A stretch of 64,000 nucleotides of DNA from Deltaproteobacteria bacterium (lineage in GTDB: Bacteria; Myxococcota; Kuafuiibacteriia; Kuafuiibacteriales; Kuafuiibacteriaceae): positions 96,001 through 160,000 of the forward strand of contig JAVJQW010000022.1 of assembly GCA_040218735.1 (NCBI GenBank). The letters run 5' to 3'. Position numbers and translations under genes: made by a program. This document shows positions 39,741 through 49,207 of the stretch, in pieces (position 1 is the stretch's first letter; the number at the start of each line of letters is the position of its first letter). Below the pieces are notes generated by a model. That model saw nothing but the letters and a program-made list of their open reading frames with translations, searched no databases and was not told the origin of the DNA.

Positions 39741-40789
39741 GATTCGAGCTGATCGGCGATGCGGTCCGCGCGCGTGCGGCCGAGCCCCTTGCGCGCGGCC
39801 TCTACGGCCCAGAACGGCAGCGGCCCGGCCTCGCGCTCCGTCGCAATCGCGCGCCGGGTCGCCTCGGCGAGCGCGTCCGCGACGGGCGGCGCGGTGAACA
39901 CCGTGTCGTGCGCCGGGTAGAGGCGAGCGACGTCCGCCGCCTCGGGCGCATCGAACATCACCTGCCGCCGACCGAGCGCCGCGAACAGGCGTGTCTCGGG
40001 GGCGTTCGGCGTGAGCGTGAGGCCGACGTCCGCAGCGCACGCCACGGCGAGCGCGACGGCCTCCGACTTGGGGCCCACGTGGATGACGGGCGCGGAGGGG
40101 CGGGTCGCGACCGTCATCGCGCCGATCTGGTTGGCGCCAGGACCGTCGCCCGCGACGAGGAGCCCCGTGCCGGCGGTCGCGCGGTGCGCGAACAGGAGCA
40201 GCTCGTAGGGGAGGTCGGACGTGAGGTCCGCGATCAGCGCGACGAAGCGCGTGCCTTCGGGGAGCCGCAGGGCGCGTCGCGCCTCGTCACGCGCGCCGAG
40301 CGGGAGGCGCGACAGGTCCAGTCCATCCTCCGCGATCGTCGCGGTCGGCACGCCGGTCTCCTGGTGCAGGTGACGCGCGATGCCGCGGTCGGGGACCACC
40401 GTCGCACGGGCGTTCTTCATCGACAGGCGTACGGCCTGACGACACAGCTCCACGGTGATCGGGAGGCGCTGCGGCACCAAGGCCGTCTCGGTGCCGTTTG
40501 CGGCGGGCGCAGCGAGGACCGCGCGGTCGACGCCGAGCACGTACGGGATCTTCGCGGCGGTGAGGGCGGCGGTGACCGCGGATGTGCGGTGCGTGCCTTC
40601 GACGTACGCGACGTCGACCTTCGAAGTGATCGCGCGGCGCGTGACGTCGGCGGCGAGCGCGAGCTCACGTCGTTTGCTCGCGTGCCGCCACGGGGCGCGC
40701 GCGAAGTCGACACGGTGACCGCGCGCTTCCAACGTGTTCGAGAGCGCGTCGTTCGTACGCGCCTCGGCCGGGACGATCAGGACGCGCAC
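39731..40789 (-). CDS. Divergent GT4-like protein lacking the EX7E motif
   Basis: GT-B fold remnants (MRVLIV, EDGLDL, LLVAGDGP, AADV). The EX7E segment is not recognisable. Confidence 0.6.
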   Translation of the reverse strand: MRVLIVPAEARTNDALSNTLEARGHRVDFARAPWRHASKRRELALAADVTRRAITSKVDVAYVEGTHRTSAVTAALTAAKIPYVLGVDRAVLAAPAANGTETALVPQRLPITVELCRQAVRLSMKNARATVVPDRGIARHLHQETGVPTATIAEDGLDLSRLPLGARDEARRALRLPEGTRFVALIADLTSDLPYELLLFAHRATAGTGLLVAGDGPGANQIGAMTVATRPSAPVIHVGPKSEAVALAVACAADVGLTLTPNAPETRLFAALGRRQVMFDAPEAADVARLYPAHDTVFTAPPVADALAEATRRAIATEREAGPLPFWAVEAARKGLGRTRADRIADQLESCA

Positions 40790-40790
40790 G

Positions 40791-41408
40791 TCAGGACGGC
40801 CCCTTCTTCGCGAGTGAGCCGATCTGCACGAGCTGCTGCCCGTCGACCTCGAACGTCCCGACCTCTTCGTCCTCTTCCAGCTCCGCGTCGCGCGCGCCGA
40901 GCACCCGGCCGTAGACGATCTCGTAGGCGCCGAGGAGGTAGGGGAGGTCGGCGTCGCCCTTCGGCGTGCCGATGACGTACAGGTCCCGCTCGATCCCCAG
41001 CGCGCGGATCGCGTCGGTGACGCCGACGTCGTCGACGATCAGCGCGTCGACCCGCTCCGCCAGGCGCTGGCATCGCTTCGGGTCTCGCATGAAGTCCTCG
41101 GCCGCGAGGGTCACGATGAGCGGTTTGTTCATCCCGGAGGCGACGGTCGGGGCCGACTTCGCGTACCCCCCGACCCCGAACGCGTGCACGAGGTGCGGGT
41201 CCGTCCCGCGCGCGGCCTTGCCGGCGGTCATCACCGCGAGCGGGCCCGCGCGATCGGCGAGGAGCGTCACGTCGTGTCGCCCGTCCAGCGCGGCGGCGAG
41301 GTGTCGCCCGTCTTCGGCCCGATCCACGTCCGCGAGCAGGAGCACCCGCAGGGTGACGTTTTCGATCGTCCCCCAGCCGGTGCCTTCGCCGACGCAGTCC
41401 TTCGCCAC
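40791..41408 (-). CDS. Short protein resembling a GT4 N-terminal domain (start uncertain)
   Basis: LRVLLLAD..HDVTLLA..PHLVHA..PLIVTL pattern. Stop lies 1 bp before the next start. Confidence 0.5.
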   Translation of the reverse strand: MAKDCVGEGTGWGTIENVTLRVLLLADVDRAEDGRHLAAALDGRHDVTLLADRAGPLAVMTAGKAARGTDPHLVHAFGVGGYAKSAPTVASGMNKPLIVTLAAEDFMRDPKRCQRLAERVDALIVDDVGVTDAIRALGIERDLYVIGTPKGDADLPYLLGAYEIVYGRVLGARDAELEEDEEVGTFEVDGQQLVQIGSLAKKGPS

Positions 41409-41483
41409 GCGGAGTCCTCTGCCGGCTGCACCCCGTCGGGTCAAGCGATCGCAGACAAGTGCGCCCCGTGGTACCGATCGACC

Positions 41484-42572
41484 ATGCGGGTGGTCTCGGT
41501 GGTCGGCACCCGTTCCGACCTCGTGAAGTGCGCCCCCATCGCGCGTGCGCTGGGTGAGGACCACACGCTCGTCCACACCGGGCTGCCCTTCGACTACGGT
41601 ACCGACGACGGCTTCTTCGCGGACCTCGAGCTCCCGCCGCCCGCGTACGACCTCGGTGTCACGGGTGGCACGAACGCGCAGAACCTCCAGGCGATCCTCG
41701 CCGGGCTGCTCGAGCGCCTGACGGATCCGGTGGCGTGGTTGCTCGTGTACGGCGGGTCGGCGGCGACCATCGCGGGGGCCATCGTCGGGGCGAAGCGATC
41801 GATCCCCGTCGCGCACATCGGCGCGGGGCTGCGGAGCTACCGGCGTCGCACGCCCGACGAAGTGAATCACATCGTCGTCGACCACCTCTCGCGTCTGCAC
41901 TTCTGCCCGACGCCGCGCGCCGTGGAGGCGCTCGCGCGCGAAGGCCTCACCGAAGGCGTACATCAGGTTGGCGACGTCCTCCTCGACAACGTGGTGCGCG
42001 GGTTGGAGATCGGCAAACGTGCGCCGCTCGCGTCCCTCGCGGATCGCATCGGCGTCGACCCGGCGCAGCCGTTCGCGGTGGCGACGATTCACCACCACGA
42101 GAACCTCGAAGACGAGTCCCGCCTCGCGGCGCTGATTCGCGCGTTCTCGGCGCTGCCGTGGCCGGTGGTGTTGCCGCTCCATCCGCGGACGCAAGAGAGC
42201 TTGACGGAGCGCTGGGACGTCGCGAGCCAGATCGGCGCGAACATCTCGATCGTCGATCCCCTCCGCCCGATCGAGACGCTCCTGGCGGTCTCCCGCGCGT
42301 GGGTCGTGCTGACGGACTCCGGCGGCCTGCAGCGCGAGTCGTTCTTCCTCGGCGTCCCGTGTGTGACGCTGCGCGACGACTCCGAGTGGGTCGACACGAT
42401 CGACGTCGCCCACAACGTCGTCGCCGGCGCAGACCCCGAGGCGATCGAGCGCGCCGCACGCAGCGCAGCGCGCGCCCCCGATCCGAAACGGACCGTCCCG
42501 CTCGACACCCCGTTCGGCGACGGCACCGCGGGGCGCCGCATCGTGGACATCCTCAGGCGGGGTGTCGGCTGA
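41484..42572 (+). CDS. UDP-GlcNAc 2-epimerase (WecB)-like protein with substituted catalytic acids
   Basis: VVGTR..K.AP, HTG, AGLRS, PLHPRT, TDSGGLQ.E and PFGDG motifs. GDT reads GGS and HVEAG reads HIGAG. Confidence 0.85.
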   Translation: MRVVSVVGTRSDLVKCAPIARALGEDHTLVHTGLPFDYGTDDGFFADLELPPPAYDLGVTGGTNAQNLQAILAGLLERLTDPVAWLLVYGGSAATIAGAIVGAKRSIPVAHIGAGLRSYRRRTPDEVNHIVVDHLSRLHFCPTPRAVEALAREGLTEGVHQVGDVLLDNVVRGLEIGKRAPLASLADRIGVDPAQPFAVATIHHHENLEDESRLAALIRAFSALPWPVVLPLHPRTQESLTERWDVASQIGANISIVDPLRPIETLLAVSRAWVVLTDSGGLQRESFFLGVPCVTLRDDSEWVDTIDVAHNVVAGADPEAIERAARSAARAPDPKRTVPLDTPFGDGTAGRRIVDILRRGVG

Positions 42573-44151
42573 ACACCCAGGCGGCGAGCCCGAGCCAACG
42601 ATCCAAGGTCGCGCGGTCGGCGCCCTCCGCAGGTGCGCCGTGCAGCGTCGTGCTCGCGGAGGTGAGCCAGTCGTCGAGCCGCAACGTGAGCGCGTCTGGC
42701 GCCGCGACGATCGGCGGCGGTTCGATCGGGACCCCGCCGTCGAGCAACCACATCGCGCGGCGGTCACGCACGAAGTAGCGCGTGGGGATGGAGAAGAGCA
42801 GCTCGATGACGTCGCGCGCGAGGAACGGCGCGACGGCGCGGCGCCCGTTGGTCTGCGCGAGTCGAATCAGCGCGGTGTGGGCGGCGGACAACGTGGCGTC
42901 CGTGGTCTCGGCGAAGCGGTGGTCGACGAAGACGTCCGTGGTCCAGCTCGGCGCGTCCGACGGCGCCTCGTCGAGGTACCCGGCGAATCGGCGCTGGACG
43001 ACGCCGGGGAGTCGCTTCGACCATCGCCGCGCGACGCCGCGTCCCACGTCGAGGACGTCGCGGTGCAGCTGCGGTGTTCCGAGTCGCCGGTCGACCGGCC
43101 ACGCGAGCCGCAGCAGATCGACGATCGCCTTGCTCCCCGGGTCGCGGTCCAGCGCGTGGGCGACCGCGCGGATCCACGCGCGCATCGCGGGCCCCGTGCC
43201 GCCGAGGGCTTCGCGGGCGCCCCAGTCGAACACGAGGTCGGTGCCGGGGTCGCGCACCAGCTTCGCGAGGGCGAGGAGGCGCGACAGCGGGACGGGGAGC
43301 TCAACGTGACGAGCGGCGCGGAGGATGGCGTCGGCGTCGGTCGTGACGAACTGTGCGTGCGCGCGTCTCTTCTTCGCGGCGAGGCGGCGGTCGAGGAAGG
43401 TCGTGAGCGCCGGCTCTCCGACCAACGCGACGTCGTTCTTGATGCGGGCGAGGGAGGTCTCGAGGAGATCGTCGAGCTCGGCGCGGGCCTCGTGCGCGGG
43501 GACCTCGCGCGGCACGCTGCGCGGCGCGAACGACCACACCGTGCGCTCGCGTTTCCGGCCGCTCTCGTAGATCACCACGGCGTGTCCGGGCGAGACGACT
43601 TCGACGTCGCGGTAGGGGCCGCGGTCGGCGGCGGGCCACCGCCCGTCCTCCGCCCAGCGGGTGAGGTCGTCGCGCGCGAGCTCGGGGTTCGGGACGTACT
43701 CGAGGCGCGTCGCGAAGACGGTGCGTTTGCCGTCGCGGACGTAGTGCAGGGCGGGGCTCCCGCCGGCGCCGCCCGAGCGCGCGAGCACGAGGCGTTTGTC
43801 GCGCCCGTCCCACACCACACATGCGTAGCGGCCGGTGAGGCGGAGGAAGGCGTCGGTGCCGAAGCGTGCATACGCGGCGGCGATCGACTGCGCGGCGTTC
43901 TTGGCGTTGGTGCCGAGGCTTCGGTCGATCGTCTCGCGGTTCGTCACGGGGCCGACGACGAACGCGATGACCTCGTCGTGCTCCCCGACGATGCGCGCGC
44001 TCGTCGAGTACCGCGCGGCGACGAACAGGGGCGCGACGTTCTTCTCGACGACGACGCCGTGGCGCCCGCCGACGCAGGCGAGCACCTCGGCGGCCCCCGG
44101 GGCGGGACCGCCATGGTGGAACACACCACCGACATCGACCGCACCCGCCAC
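42553..44151 (-). CDS. Asparagine synthetase (AsnB)-like protein, degenerate
   Basis: Ntn-fold remnants (AAYARFG..F.RL.G.YA..VWD..RLVLAR, VSPGH) and APFL near the C-terminus. No N-terminal Cys and no SGGxDS. Confidence 0.7.
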   Translation of the reverse strand: MAGAVDVGGVFHHGGPAPGAAEVLACVGGRHGVVVEKNVAPLFVAARYSTSARIVGEHDEVIAFVVGPVTNRETIDRSLGTNAKNAAQSIAAAYARFGTDAFLRLTGRYACVVWDGRDKRLVLARSGGAGGSPALHYVRDGKRTVFATRLEYVPNPELARDDLTRWAEDGRWPAADRGPYRDVEVVSPGHAVVIYESGRKRERTVWSFAPRSVPREVPAHEARAELDDLLETSLARIKNDVALVGEPALTTFLDRRLAAKKRRAHAQFVTTDADAILRAARHVELPVPLSRLLALAKLVRDPGTDLVFDWGAREALGGTGPAMRAWIRAVAHALDRDPGSKAIVDLLRLAWPVDRRLGTPQLHRDVLDVGRGVARRWSKRLPGVVQRRFAGYLDEAPSDAPSWTTDVFVDHRFAETTDATLSAAHTALIRLAQTNGRRAVAPFLARDVIELLFSIPTRYFVRDRRAMWLLDGGVPIEPPPIVAAPDALTLRLDDWLTSASTTLHGAPAEGADRATLDRWLGLAAWVFSRHPA

Positions 44152-44239
44152 CTCGAATCGTCATGGCGCGCCGCGAAGTCCGCGTCAACGCCGGCCGCTT
44201 TGACAGGCGTACGGCCCGACGCTACGCAGTCTTTCACCC

Positions 44240-45142
44240 ATGCGACGCAAAGGCATCATCTTGGCGGGGGGCTCCGGGACCCGCCTCCACCCCCTCACGC
44301 TGGCGATGAGCAAGCAGCTCATGCCGATCTACAACAAGCCGATGATCTACTACCCGCTGTCCGTCCTGATGCTGGCGGGCATCCGGGACGTGCTGATCAT
44401 CTCGACGCCGCACGACCTCCCGCACTTCAAGAACCTCCTCGGTGACGGCGCGTCGATCGGCATGCGGTTCGAGTACGCCGAGCAGCCGAAGCCCGAAGGG
44501 CTGGCGCAGGCGTTCACGATCGGCGCCGACTTCCTCGACGGCGCGCCCGCCGCGCTCGTGCTCGGCGACAACGTCTTCTACGGCCACGGTCTGCAGGAGA
44601 AGCTGTTCCGCGTGGCGTCCGGCGACGGCAACGCGACCGTGTTCGGCTACTACGTGAAGGACCCGGAGCGGTACGGCGTCGTGGAGTTCTCGCCCGACGG
44701 GCGGGCGGTCGGCCTCGAGGAGAAGCCGGCGGAGCCGAAGTCGAACTACGCGGTCGTGGGGCTGTACTTCTACCCGGAGGACGTCGTCGAGCACGCGCGT
44801 GCGCTGAAGCCGTCTAAGCGCGGTGAGCTCGAGATCACCGACCTCAACCGACGTTACCTGGAGGCCGGTCGCCTGAACGTCGAGCTGCTCGGGCGCGGCG
44901 TCGCGTGGCTCGACACGGGGACACACGCCAGCCTGTTGCAGGCGGCGACGTTCATCGAGGCGGTCGAGGAGCGGCAGTCCTTGATGATCGCGTGCATCGA
45001 AGAGGTCGCGTTCCGGATGGGCTTCATCGATCGTGAGGCGCTCGCGAAGCTGGGCGAGGCGCTCGGCAAGTCACCGTACGGTCAGTACCTGCTGCGCGTC
45101 GCGAAGGAGGAGAGCACGATGGACCTGGGGCGTCGGCCGTGA
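44240..45142 (+). CDS. rfbA: Glucose-1-phosphate thymidylyltransferase
   Basis: [39 protein letters not shown] and WLDTGT motifs. Confidence 0.97.
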   Translation: MRRKGIILAGGSGTRLHPLTLAMSKQLMPIYNKPMIYYPLSVLMLAGIRDVLIISTPHDLPHFKNLLGDGASIGMRFEYAEQPKPEGLAQAFTIGADFLDGAPAALVLGDNVFYGHGLQEKLFRVASGDGNATVFGYYVKDPERYGVVEFSPDGRAVGLEEKPAEPKSNYAVVGLYFYPEDVVEHARALKPSKRGELEITDLNRRYLEAGRLNVELLGRGVAWLDTGTHASLLQAATFIEAVEERQSLMIACIEEVAFRMGFIDREALAKLGEALGKSPYGQYLLRVAKEESTMDLGRRP

Positions 45143-46008
45143 AGCGCGTTGCGGTGATCGGGGCCGCCGGGCAGCTCGGCTCGGCGCTGGTGAAGGTGCT
45201 CGAAGAGCGCGGGTTGGAGCCGGTCCCGTTCACCCGCGGCGCGCTCGACGTCTGCGACCACGACGGGACGAAGGCGACGCTCGCCGAGGCGCGGCCGGAC
45301 GCGGTGATCAACACGGCGGCGTACCTCGCGGTCGACCTCGCCGAAGACGAGGTCACCCAGGCCTTCGCGGTCAACGCGATCGCGGTGAAGAACCTCGCGC
45401 TGGTGACGGCGGCGCTCGACGTCCCGCTGGTGCACGTCAGCACCGACTACGTGTTCGGCGCCGACGCCTCGCGGAGCACGCCGTACACGGAGACGGACGC
45501 GCCGGGGCCGCAGGGGGTGTACGGCAACTCGAAGCTCGCCGGGGAGTACTTCGTCCGCGAGTACGCGCCGAAGCACTACGTCGTGCGGAGCGCGGGGCTC
45601 TACGAGACGATCGGGAGCCGCAAGAAGGGCGGCAACTTCATCGAGACGATGTTGAAGCTCGCCGCCGCGGGGCGCTCGCTGAAGGTGGTCGAGGACCAGG
45701 TCCTCACGCCGACGTACACGCCGGATCTCGCGGCGGCGATCGTCGAGCTCCTGCGTACGGAGGCCTACGGGCTGTACCACGCGACGAACGGCGGAGACTG
45801 CTCGTGGTACGCGTTCGCCGGCGCGATCTTCGAGCTCGCGGGCGTCGAGGCCGACCTGTCGCCCACGACGACGGCCGAATACGGTGCGAAGGCGCCACGT
45901 CCGGCGTACTCGGTCCTCGACAACACCAAGCTGCATGCGGCCGGTGTCACGCCGCTACGGAGCTGGCGAGACGCGTTAGCTGCATATCTTTCGCGGCGAA
46001 ATGCGTGA
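45139..46008 (+). CDS. rfbD: dTDP-4-dehydrorhamnose reductase
   Basis: [28 protein letters not shown] and RPAYSVL motifs. Confidence 0.95.
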   Translation: MKRVAVIGAAGQLGSALVKVLEERGLEPVPFTRGALDVCDHDGTKATLAEARPDAVINTAAYLAVDLAEDEVTQAFAVNAIAVKNLALVTAALDVPLVHVSTDYVFGADASRSTPYTETDAPGPQGVYGNSKLAGEYFVREYAPKHYVVRSAGLYETIGSRKKGGNFIETMLKLAAAGRSLKVVEDQVLTPTYTPDLAAAIVELLRTEAYGLYHATNGGDCSWYAFAGAIFELAGVEADLSPTTTAEYGAKAPRPAYSVLDNTKLHAAGVTPLRSWRDALAAYLSRRNA

Positions 46009-46035
46009 TCGGTGCGTGCTGCGTAGGCACGCTTC

Positions 46036-46051
46036 TGGCAAAACAACTTGC
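46036..46051 (+). promoter_or_regulatory. Putative sigma54 (-24/-12) promoter
   Basis: TGGCA-N7-TTGC in an AT-rich intergenic region. Confidence 0.55.
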
Positions 46052-46291
46052 GGTATTGAGTGGATTATGCTAAGTTGTATCCATTGAATAGACGGCAGGA
46101 TCAACCCATTCGATACCTCGAAAACATTTCGAAATCCTCCCAGCTCCTGCCCGGACCAACCTAGGCCCACGAGGCGCGTCCCTTCGACTTTCCCACCTCG
46201 GACGCGACCTCACGCAACACCACTCTCGAACAGACTGAACGCACTACGTGGCGCACCGCACGCGTGCGCCCTGGCCCAAGGAGGACCTATT

Positions 46292-47251
46292 TTGAGCACC
46301 GCCATCGATACCCACACCATGACCCCGCGCCTCTTCACCCACACGCTCCGTCCCGAGTGGGGCATGGGCCTCGTCGTCGCGGACGAGCCCGAGCGCCTGC
46401 GCCTGCAGTGGGAGGACGGCGAAAACCGCACCTTCGCGCGTGACTACCTGGGCCTGCTCGAGAACGTCGAGCCGGAGGCCGACGACACGGAGACCGAGCG
46501 CGTGCTCGAGAAGCTGATGCGCGCCGTCGGCGTCTCGCGGGTCCGCGCTCGCATCATGAAGCGCGGCGCGACCGACCGCCCGATGCAGCTCGACGAGCAG
46601 ATCGCCGCGTTCAAGGAGCAGTACCCGAAGGGGTTCTCGGACCCGGCGTGGCTGTCGGCCTCGCGCGGCGTCGGCGCCAAGCGTCAGCTGAAGCGTCATC
46701 GTGACCCGTCGATCGCCGACGCGCGTCGCATCTTTGCCCGCGACCGCATGAAGAGCCTCCGCGACGAAGGCAAGAGCGGCGTGCTCTGGAACGGCTTCAT
46801 CGAGGTGCTGAAGAAGACGGACCTCGCGACGATGAAGACCGACGTGAAGCCGCTGTCGGACGTCGGCGCCGCGGAGCAGGCGGTCGCCATGCGTCGCCTC
46901 TACGACTTGCTGTACGTGGACGGCTCGATGACGTCGCAGTTCAACCACTGGCTCGCGTCGATCACGTTCGGCGACAACACGCCGAGCTGGGCGCTCGCGA
47001 CGACGGTGCCGGCGCTCGTGCAGCCGGACCGCCACTTCTCGGTCCGCCCGACGAAGGTGCGTCAGCAGGCGAAGTGGATGGCGCCGAAGCTCAAGGTGGG
47101 GCGCTCTCCGATCGGCCAGACCTACCAGGAGATCGTGACGATGGCGCTCGCCGTGAAGACCTCGCTCGAGCTCGAAGAGGTCGAGCCCGCCGACCTGGTG
47201 GACGTCGCCGACTTCATGGCCGACACGCTCACCAACAAGCGCAAGAAGTGA
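46292..47251 (+). CDS. Hypothetical protein with SH3-like N-terminal module
   Basis: GGAGG RBS and TTG start. N-terminal H..RPEWGMGLV motif; third-position GC typical of real genes here. Confidence 0.7.
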   Translation: MSTAIDTHTMTPRLFTHTLRPEWGMGLVVADEPERLRLQWEDGENRTFARDYLGLLENVEPEADDTETERVLEKLMRAVGVSRVRARIMKRGATDRPMQLDEQIAAFKEQYPKGFSDPAWLSASRGVGAKRQLKRHRDPSIADARRIFARDRMKSLRDEGKSGVLWNGFIEVLKKTDLATMKTDVKPLSDVGAAEQAVAMRRLYDLLYVDGSMTSQFNHWLASITFGDNTPSWALATTVPALVQPDRHFSVRPTKVRQQAKWMAPKLKVGRSPIGQTYQEIVTMALAVKTSLELEEVEPADLVDVADFMADTLTNKRKK

Positions 47252-47259
47252 ATCACGCT

Positions 47260-47283
47260 CGCGCGGGGCGTCCGCCCCGCGCG
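47260..47283. terminator. GC-rich hairpin between convergent genes
   Basis: CGCGCGGGGC-GTCC-GCCCCGCGCG perfect stem between two stop codons. No clear U-tract. Confidence 0.5.
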
Positions 47284-47598
47284 TTACTTGCTGGCGAACT
47301 TGGCCGGGTCGGCCTTGAAGTCCTCGTCGCACCCCGCACAACAGAACGCGTAGTGGCGGGCTTCGTGCTCGATCACGACGGTGTCTTCCTCGACCTCGAA
47401 CACCTCGCCGCTGACCGGGCACTTGGCCTGCGTGCCGGCCTTCGGCTTCTCGGCGAACGACGTCGGGACCGGCTGGCTCGCGGCCTTCTCCGGCTGCGCG
47501 GCCTTCTTCGCCGAGTCCGTGGTCGGCGCCGCGGCCTCCTTGCAGGCGAAGCTCATCGCGAAGACGAGGGTGAACAGCGTGGCGATCAGGATGCGCAC
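47284..47598 (-). CDS. YHS/TRASH-domain lipoprotein
   Basis: Lipobox SFAC and CPVSGE...YAFCCAGC..F..DP. Confidence 0.8.
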   Translation of the reverse strand: MRILIATLFTLVFAMSFACKEAAAPTTDSAKKAAQPEKAASQPVPTSFAEKPKAGTQAKCPVSGEVFEVEEDTVVIEHEARHYAFCCAGCDEDFKADPAKFASK

Positions 47599-47638
47599 GC
47601 CCCTTAACTAGCGACAACGACCCGGCGAGACAACGAAA

Positions 47639-48223
47639 TCAGGGCACGAGGGCGACGCAGGCGAGCGCGGTCATGACACCGCCGATCGCGGAGCCCAGGA
47701 GCGTCTCGAGCGGGGTGTGATTCTCGGTCCGAACGCGCGCCCACGCGACGATGGGGACGAGCACGAAGAGGGGCGCGGCGGTGAGGCCGTAGACCCACGT
47801 CGCGGAGGTCGCGACGCCCATCAGGCCGGCGCAGTGAATCGAGGGCTTCACGGTGCGGTTGAAGGCGAACAACGCGAGCGTGACCCCGAGCGCCGCCCAG
47901 CACATCGCGGTCGCGAGGGGAAAGGGGTACACCCAGGTGAAGATCGCGGCGGCGACGGCGAGCGAAATCGCCGCGACCGGGTAGAGGAAGCGCCGGTTCT
48001 CACGGCGCACCAGGTAGAGGTCGTCGCCGAGCCAGCCCAGCCGAAACGCGAGGCCCGTCGTGGCGAGCGGGAGCACCACGCAGACGCCGGTCACGAGCGC
48101 GGCGATGGACCAGAGCCGGGCCGTGAGGCCGCCTTCGTGCTCGATCGCCGCGTACAGCGCGACGAAGAACCCCGGCACGACCGGGTGGAAAACCAGCGCG
48201 AGGACGCGCGCGAAGGACCTCAC
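47639..48223 (-). CDS. PAP2-like integral membrane protein
   Basis: Several TM segments; KPSIH and WARV...HT motifs. Confidence 0.65.
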   Translation of the reverse strand: MRSFARVLALVFHPVVPGFFVALYAAIEHEGGLTARLWSIAALVTGVCVVLPLATTGLAFRLGWLGDDLYLVRRENRRFLYPVAAISLAVAAAIFTWVYPFPLATAMCWAALGVTLALFAFNRTVKPSIHCAGLMGVATSATWVYGLTAAPLFVLVPIVAWARVRTENHTPLETLLGSAIGGVMTALACVALVP

Positions 48224-49206
48224 CGCGCCACCGCGGCGTAGACCTCACGGTGCCGCTCCGCGACGGACGCCCACGACATCGTCTCGGCGCGCGCGCGTGC
48301 GATCGCGGGGGCGATGGGGTCGGCGAGTGCGGCGTCGAGCGCGTCGAGGTGGGCGTCGAGCGCGCCCGCCGGGGCGAAGCGTGCGACGTCTTCGTCCAGG
48401 TAGGTCGAGGCGCCCGCGTACGCGGAGGTCACGACGCCCAGCCCGCAGGCGAGCGCCTGCAGGACGGTGTTGCTCGCGCTGCCGCCGCGCAGCGGGAGGA
48501 AGAGGACGCCGGCGGACTGGAAGAGCTCGAGGAGCGACGCGTCGGAGATGTCGTGGTGGCACCGCACGTGGTCGTAGCCGGCGAAGCGACGACCGACCGC
48601 TTCGGGGATCACGAGGTCGAACTCGAGGTCGGGGCGGCGCGCGACGGCGGCGAGCAGGAGGTCGAAGTCGCGCAGGTGGTTGCCCACGGTGAGCACGTGG
48701 CGGCCGCGCGCTCCGCCGGGGCGCCAGTAGTCGACGTCCACACCGAGGGTCAGCCGGAACACCCGCGGGACGCGCGACGACCAGACCGCCTCGTTGTGTT
48801 CGTCGAGGACGATCACGGCGTCGAGCTGCGACCACACGCGGGGGGAGCGCACCAGCGCGTCGAAGCGCTCGGGGGGTTGGTGGAACGTCGCGACGACCTT
48901 GTGGCGCGGATCGATTCGCCCGGTCGCGAGCAACAGATCCTCGCCGTACATCACGTGCACCACGCCGGGCGCACCCCGCGCGCGCAACGCGAGCTCGAGC
49001 TCCGCGACGAGCGAAGGCGCGCCGTACCACGCCGTCCGCGTGAACGGCTTCCACAGCCGACGCGTCGCGGCGCCGGCCACCCGCCACAGGCGCCCGGACG
49101 GCGCGGTGACGACGGCGTCGGCGTCGAGGTGCCGCACGAGCTGGTTGTACCCCGCGCGGGTCTTGTGGTGCGGCATCCGCTTCGTGACGAGGTACAGCGG
49201 CGGCAC
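48220..49206 (-). CDS. GT4 glycosyltransferase
   Basis: LGVDVDYW.P, VGNHLRD and SNTVLQALACG motifs. Confidence 0.8.
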   Translation of the reverse strand: MPPLYLVTKRMPHHKTRAGYNQLVRHLDADAVVTAPSGRLWRVAGAATRRLWKPFTRTAWYGAPSLVAELELALRARGAPGVVHVMYGEDLLLATGRIDPRHKVVATFHQPPERFDALVRSPRVWSQLDAVIVLDEHNEAVWSSRVPRVFRLTLGVDVDYWRPGGARGRHVLTVGNHLRDFDLLLAAVARRPDLEFDLVIPEAVGRRFAGYDHVRCHHDISDASLLELFQSAGVLFLPLRGGSASNTVLQALACGLGVVTSAYAGASTYLDEDVARFAPAGALDAHLDALDAALADPIAPAIARARAETMSWASVAERHREVYAAVAR

Positions 49207-49207
49207 G

